From Macrostomum lignano (taxonomy: Eukaryota): a DNA stretch of 64,000 nt. Under the pieces are notes generated by a model that was not told the DNA's origin, made no database searches, and saw only the letters and a list, made by a program, of their open reading frames with translations. This document shows positions 57,523-64,000 of this stretch, piece after piece. The stretch spans positions 1-64,000 of the forward strand of contig NIVC01002352.1 in the NCBI GenBank assembly GCA_002269645.1. The letters run 5' to 3'. The translations under genes were made by a program, and so were the position numbers. Each line of letters opens with the position of its first letter. Within the stretch, counting starts at the first letter, position 1.

Positions 57523-60500
57523 AAAACCTTGTAATCTGATATTTGACAATCTCTGAGAAACTATACTTCGTCTTCAAATGTATTAATTATTTTAGTGCAA
57601 TACAATATAGTCTCCAGCACTAGGCCAACTAAAGAAATTGATGGGTGCAGCACAATTTTGTTGACGAGTTGTTACATTCTTACCGTACACTGCCATCCAG
57701 TCCCAAGCTTTACAATTAAATTTCAAATTTGTCTACAGATCCTCGTCCTCAGTTAATTGTGATTTAAAATTCATTATTCGTAGGACTTTGAGTAGTAGAT
57801 ATCTTAAAATAACCCCTCCGTCCCTCGATCTGTACAAGGGAATTAGTATCTCTGTGGGAGCTGCATTGCTCTGCTCCCGCCTTAGGAAGAGGCAATTAAT
57901 TATAGCATGACTTAATTTTTTGGTAGCAAACGTACGTGCGGCTTCATGGGCGCTCAAAAACTAGAAAGGTTCAACAAGCTGTTTTAAAATGTTTTAACAC
58001 CCCAATTCCTAGTAAGGACTATTTACTGAACAATTGAGATTGAACAATTGAACAATACCTAAATGTTACTCTAGGGGATCTATAGTGGGTATATTCTTCT
58101 CCTCCCATTGGGTACATGTACATGTACGTGTTGGTTAACTCGGATCCGCCTCTTATATATTCTTAGACATTCTTGAGGCAGAGGCAGATAGTTATCGCTT
58201 TCTATATACATTGTACCAATGTTCAGGAGGATACTATTGTATTAAAACTATTGTATAAGTATTATAAACATATACATACATGTACATTGGGACGCAGAAG
58301 GAGAGACCGCTCGCAGAACATGTGGGAGGGGCAGGCAGCAGCGGCCGGTGGGGTCAGTGCAAGCGCCTGCAGGTCATAAGGCATATGTACAATCGACGAC
58401 GAGTGGCAGGCCGCGGCGCAGTTGCTCGATCGGCTAGTGCAGCTGCTATAGCACCCAGCGCGTAGCGGATAAAATATATAATATAACAAATACTTAGCTG
58501 CAGGGCTGTCCCGGAGGGGACACAGCGGGGGCGCGGGCGCCCATTCCGCTAATATAACAAATACAATGGTAAACAAAGCCTTTCGTCGAATTTGTTATAT
58601 ATAGGTACACAATCGAATTAAAATTTCTTTTCAACGGTATGGTGTTGCTGAAAAGTAGTCTTTAAGAATCAAAACCACATGACTTCGGATTTACATTGCA
58701 TCCTTTAAACTCGTTTATTACGTGCCAATTTGCAACTATTTAAAAGTCCGGCCGCCGCCGCCACCACCTTCTGGGCAGTGCAGAACTATCTATTACGCTT
58801 CAAATCAAAAATGCGATGACTAGCGATATTATTTAATTTAGTAAAAGCGCACATTTTAATTTCTTGCTCGTTAATAATTCGATATGTAAATACTTTGTCT
58901 GTCATCAAACTGATATTGATAAATTAGGCCTACAATTCAATTACAAATAATGAGGGAATGAAAGAAAATTTTGCAAAATTTATAGGCCTAATCGACCTGA
59001 ATCGGCCGAACAGGCTGCTTGTTTGAGCAATTTCTTTACTACTACTACTACTTACTAATTTAGATAAAATTAGCACATGACTTTGTGGGCTAGGGATAGG
59101 GCTAGGCCCACGGGCTAGGGTTACATTAGCTCATTGACATCGTGGGCTAGGGATGGTTGCGGCTAAAGTTAAGATGAACATAGGCCCTATTCATTTAGGC
59201 CTACAATGTAAGAAGGGATTTTAGTCTCTTTTTGGCTTTGCCTCGGCTGGGATTAACAGCTTAAAGCTAAGCAACATAGATTTTCAATTCTATATACAAT
59301 ATATTGTATGATTGTATAGTTGAGGTAGGGCCTAAGGTAACTAAAGTTTAAATTAATATAGTCCTAGCAATTCTTCTTGTAAAGTAAATAAATTAAATCT
59401 AGGCAATCTTCAAGAATCATTTACTAAACTCAAAATTGTGCTATTCAAGGCTAGAGTTTAGCAAGTGATTTTTAAATATTATAATGCCAAGATCTCTTAA
59501 TAAAAGAAAAATTTAAACCTAAGCTAGGTTAAACCACACAAATGTAAATTTTAACTAATAGTGGTACTAAGCTAGCTGATCTAGCTAGCAGGCCTAGGCT
59601 ATAAATTATGGTAGATTAAAGGCAAATTGTTATGTTGTTATATTAATAACTTTGTTTTATAATTTTGTATTTTGACAAAGTTTGATCTAACAAATTTAAA
59701 TGTTTTTATTTTGTTTTGGAATAATTTTAGGCTAAAACTGAGTTGCATTTTTAATTTTAGTAAGTATAAAACTTTGCTTTCACATGGGCTTAGGTCACAG
59801 AGGTTGACCAATGGCTACAAATTGGCAGGATGTACTATATTTACTGTAGGCACTTAAGGTGAGGTTGTCCAGCCATGACTTACGCTAAAAATAACAAAAA
59901 TAGGGTCAAAATAATTTAAGGCAAGAAACTAGGACATTGCCTAGTTGCTATCAGTATTTTCATTTTTATTTAACAATTTGATATTTCAATTATCTATACA
60001 ATAAAATTTGTTTAACTAAAGGAATAACAATATGATTTTGACTAGTAGAAATATGACTTGGACCAATCAGGAGGCAGCACAAGATGATAGAGGAAAAAAG
60101 TACAATTACATAATAGTAAATACACAAAAAACACTATTTATAAATATATTTAATTCTATATCGTTATAACTATCTAACAAGCTACTAGTAGCTAGCTAGT
60201 ATAAACAATTCCATGTTAAATTTTATACATATACAGTACAGTATATACAGTATATATATAGTATATAGGTAATATAGCTTTATTTTATACTTTTAAACTC
60301 AAAAAAAAATTTGTAACTTTTTCATGCCATTGGCATTACTATTTTGTTTGCATCTTTGTGATTAGGACACAATTGATATAAATTATAGTGCAGTATATAA
60401 AGTGTGAACTGTGAACTAGTAAACTATAAAGTTCAAAAAAAGTATAAAGTTTTCAACAATCAAAGTCTTGGACTCGGATGCTGGAGTCGGCACCATCGCT

Positions 60501-60716
60501 GGGTGAGCAGCTGATGACTCCATGAATATCATAGCCTTATGTCTATTATATGTTGGCTATATTTACAAGATATTAAATTGTAATCTTTGTTTAAAATTTT
60601 TAGCTGCAAGTTTTTATTAGGCAAGGGCACTATATCTATATAATAGAGGTTGAGATTTTGTAATAATCAAATAATCCTGCAAAATTAGAAATGGTTTATA
60701 ACAATCCATATTTCAG

Positions 60717-63396
60717 TTGGCCTCTCAATGTCTGCTCAAATATGAATACAATTCCAACTGGCCGGCACTTATGTGCCTGTACAAATTTTAAGAGTCCACG
60801 TAGTTTCCATGTTCAACTGCGTGATGATGGCGGCAGTGGCTTACGAATGCTCACTAAAGATCTTATTAAGCACCACCGATCAATGCAGGTATGGAACTGT
60901 TGGAGTGATTCTGTGGTAATATAATTCTTTTACTCAGTTCCTTGCAGCCAATCTCATGAGATAAGACTCGAATATCAGCAGCAAATCTCATGAGATTAAA
61001 CTCGAATATCAGTATCGATTCTCATGAGATAAAACTCGAATATCAGCAGTGAATCTCATGAGATAAGACTCGAATATCAGCAGCTAATCTCATGAGATAA
61101 GACTCGAATATCAGCAGCAAATCTCATGAGATTAAACTCGAATATCAGCAGTGAATCTCATGAGATAAAACTCGAATATCAGTATCGATTCTCATGAGAT
61201 AAGGCTCGAATATCAGTATCGATTCTCATGAGATAAAACTCGAATATCAGTATCGATTCTCATGAGATAAAACTCGAATATCAGCATCGATTCTCATGAG
61301 ATAAAACTCGAATATCAGCAGTGAATCTCATGAGATAAGACTCGAATATCAGCAGCTAATCTTATGAGATAAGACTCGAATATCAGTATCGATTCTCATG
61401 AGATAAAACTCGAATATCAGCATCGAATCTCATGAGATAAAATTCGAATATCAGTATCGAATCTCATGAGATAAAACTCGAATATCAGTATCGATTCTCA
61501 TGAGATAAAACTCGAATATCAGCATCGAATCTCATGAGATAAGACTCGAATATCAGCATCGAATCTCATGAGATAAAACTCGAATATCAGCATCGAATCT
61601 CATGAGATAAAACTCGAATATCAGCATCGATTCTCATGAGATAAAACTCGAATATCAGCATCGAATCTCATGAGATAAAACTCGAATATCAGTATCGAAT
61701 CTCATGAGATAAAACTCGAATATTAGCAGCGAATCTCATAGGATAATATCCCATTGTATTCGATCCCCGCGCACAGAACGTGGAGATCCAGCCGGTCCTG
61801 CAGCCGGGCAGGCTGGTGTGCGCCTTCCAACCCGACACCGGCCTGGCGTACCGGGCTCGAGTCCTGCCGCCGAATAATTACCTCAGCTCGGTCAGCGTTG
61901 AAACCCTGGACTTTGGCGAACAGCTCGAATTCAGTGCCGCCGATTTGACGCCGCTGCCGGACGAACTGGCTGACCGGATGCCGCCTCAGGCCGTCCACTG
62001 CCGCCTGGCCGGCCTCGGCAACTCCTGGCCGGAGGTCGCGAGTTCGAGCCTAGCCGAAAGAATGCTCGAACTCGAATCCGGCGCAGACGAGGAAGCGGAC
62101 GATGTGAAGCTGTGGGTGGAGTTTCCGGCCGCGGCAGCTGAAACTCCGGTGCCCGTTGAGCTGAGCTCGGAGCAGGGCGAGCAGCTCAATCCGTGGTTTC
62201 TCGGCCTGTCCGGGGTTCAACCTGAAGAGCGGCCTTCACCGGCTGTCACTGACAATGGCGACAATCCCTGGTTCGCCGCCGATGTTAGCCACGTGACCGA
62301 CGACGATGGCCAGCTGCTGGTGCACCTGCTGAAGCGCTCCGATCGACGCAAGCTCGACCAGCTGGCCGCCGACTTGGACGCCTTCCTGCGCTCCGCTCCG
62401 CTCATGTCGCCGCCATCGCCGCCGCCGCCATCAGCCGCAGTCAGGCAGGTGCTATTCGTTGCCCGCCTGCCCCAGCGCGGCCCCGTCCGGATCCGCTTCG
62501 AAGCCTCGGCGGCCGCTGTCTCTCACCGCCTGCTCCGCCTGGTGGACTTTGGCTGCACTGTTGTTGATTTGGCCGCCGTCCCCAGCCCTGAGCCGCTGCC
62601 GCTTGACCACCCGCTGGCCAAGCTCGATCCCTTCTGCATCGCCTGCCGGCCGGTGTCGGCCGCAGCCAAGGAGGTTTCAACAGTTGGTGCCGCTGTCTCA
62701 GTCAATCTGCTCAGCCTTGCCGATGCGCACCGGCTGATCTGGCTGGCTGACCTGCGCCCGCTAGAGCCGGGAATCCCGCCCTATGCAGCCGCCAGCCGCC
62801 TGAAGGTCGGCCAGACACAGCCGGCCCTGCTCTGCTGGCTGGACCCGGCCACCGGCACTGGCCGGTTCTTACTGCGAGACGACCGGCGGCATCTGCGCCG
62901 GCTGGCCGACAAGCTGCCCGGCCAGGATGTCAGCCCGGCCACACCGCCCCTGCCCGCTGGCACCCCCGTGATGCTGGCCGCGACACCGACAGCTCCTGCT
63001 CGACGGGCAACCCTGCTGATGGAGCTGCCAGCCGGGGCCGGCCCAGAATCCCACTGCCGACTGCTGCTGGTTGACTACGGAGTTGAAGTTGTTGCCAAGC
63101 TGGCCGAGCTGACTGTTGCGCCGAGAACTGTCGCGTCGACCCCGGCCTGGTCTCTCACCGCTCGGCTAGCCAACTTCGGACAGGCCGACTTTCCGGCCGG
63201 CCAGTTGCAGTGCGGCCGGCTGACCGTGGTGTCCGTGTCTCTAGGCTCCACTGTTGAGGTCTCATACAGTCCCGATTTGAGTCTGCTGCCCGAGCTGCTG
63301 CACGCGCTGAAGCCGGCTTCGAATAGTAAAAAGCACTCGCCCACAGCTGAGACTGTTGGTCTGCCTGCGGCCTATCCTGTCAGGTTGGTTAGCTAA
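60717..63396 (+). CDS. Multi-Tudor (extended Tudor, TDRD-type) protein, partial
   Basis: Exon 60717-60888 (NFKSPRSFHVQL...LRMLTKDL, the eTudor N-terminal strand/helix) splices in phase 0 to 61777 onward (GRLVCAF...YRARV...LDFGE...LPDEL...PPQAVHCRLAG). Two further degenerate Tudor units follow (LVDFG, LVDYG). The 5' exons are unresolved (60466-60502 is a phase-compatible candidate). The ORF stops at 63396, or splices at CAG|GTTGGT 63383. Confidence 0.8.
60950..61740. repeat. 34-bp minisatellite with an internal palindrome, Tudor intron
   Basis: Unit AATCTCATGAGATAAAACTCGAATATCAGCATCG. Confidence 0.96.
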
Positions 63397-63580
63397 TTGT
63401 GCGTAGAATGATAAAACAGAACCTTAATTTTCTAAACAAAAAGCTCTATGAATATCAATAGGGCTTCTCGTATAAGAAAGGCACAGCATATTAAAAGATG
63501 AATATTGGGTCTGCCTCCTAACATTTTTCAAGAAACGAGGTTTCAATTCCTACTTGAGTAGTCCTTGGCAAAAAATGTGA

Positions 63581-63962
63581 AAGTAGCTGACAAGAATGCT
63601 AAGAAATGTGAAAGTAGCTGACAAGAATGCTAAGAGATGTGAAAGTAGCTGACAAGAATGCTAAGAAATGTGAAAGTAGCTGACAAGAATGCTAAGAGAT
63701 GTGAAAGTAGCTGACAAGAATGCTAAGAGATGTGAAAGTAGCTGACAAGAATGCTAAGAGATGTGAAAGTAGCTGACAAGAATGCTAAGAGATGTGAAAG
63801 TAGCTGACAAGAATGCTAAGAGATGTGAAAGTAGCTGACAAGAATGCTAAGAGATGTGAAAGTAGCTGACAAGAATGCTAAGAAATGTGAATGTAGCTGA
63901 CAAGAATGCTAAGAAATGTGAAAGTAGCTGACAAGAATGCTAAGAAATGTGAAAGTAGCTGA
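63581..63962. repeat. 31-bp minisatellite
   Basis: Unit GAAAGTAGCTGACAAGAATGCTAAGAGATGT, ~12 copies. Confidence 0.96.
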
Positions 63963-64000
63963 TGGGTCTTAAAGATTTTTAATTTTCCTCATCCGTTGCT

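Noticed and set aside
58392-58451. IDDEWQAAAQLLDRLV resembling the pre-TM4 motif of Cys-loop receptors
   Set aside because: Only ~20 codons between stops, with no TM4 and no other exons.

Overview
This is eukaryotic, intron-rich DNA with GC-rich Ala/Gln/Pro-rich exons, GT-AG introns and very dense micro/minisatellites. The style suggests a free-living flatworm such as Macrostomum, which is an inference and not shown by the sequence. I assembled these genes by hand with phase-consistent splicing: calcyphosine-like (minus, 3 exons) head-to-head with intronless IFT22/RABL5; a 17-exon, ~1699-aa phospholipase D1/2; a 2-exon rhodopsin-family peptide GPCR; an intronless Maf bZIP factor; a class I Rab11-FIP (C2 + Rab11-binding domain); and part of a multi-Tudor protein. 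Mobile DNA consists of a truncated Crypton/DUF3504-type element with short inverted termini and tRNA-derived SINEs. About 30 tandem arrays fill introns and intergenic DNA and explain most long ORFs in the supplied track. There are no CRISPR arrays, rRNA or convincing tRNA genes. The most interesting theme is satellites interacting with splicing and coding boundaries. One array is copied from a PLD exon/donor junction, complementary arrays bracket PLD exon blocks (one predicted circle is stop-free), a microsatellite supplies the GPCR stop codon, and a frame-preserving VNTR in Rab11-FIP is blocked by a single TAA.
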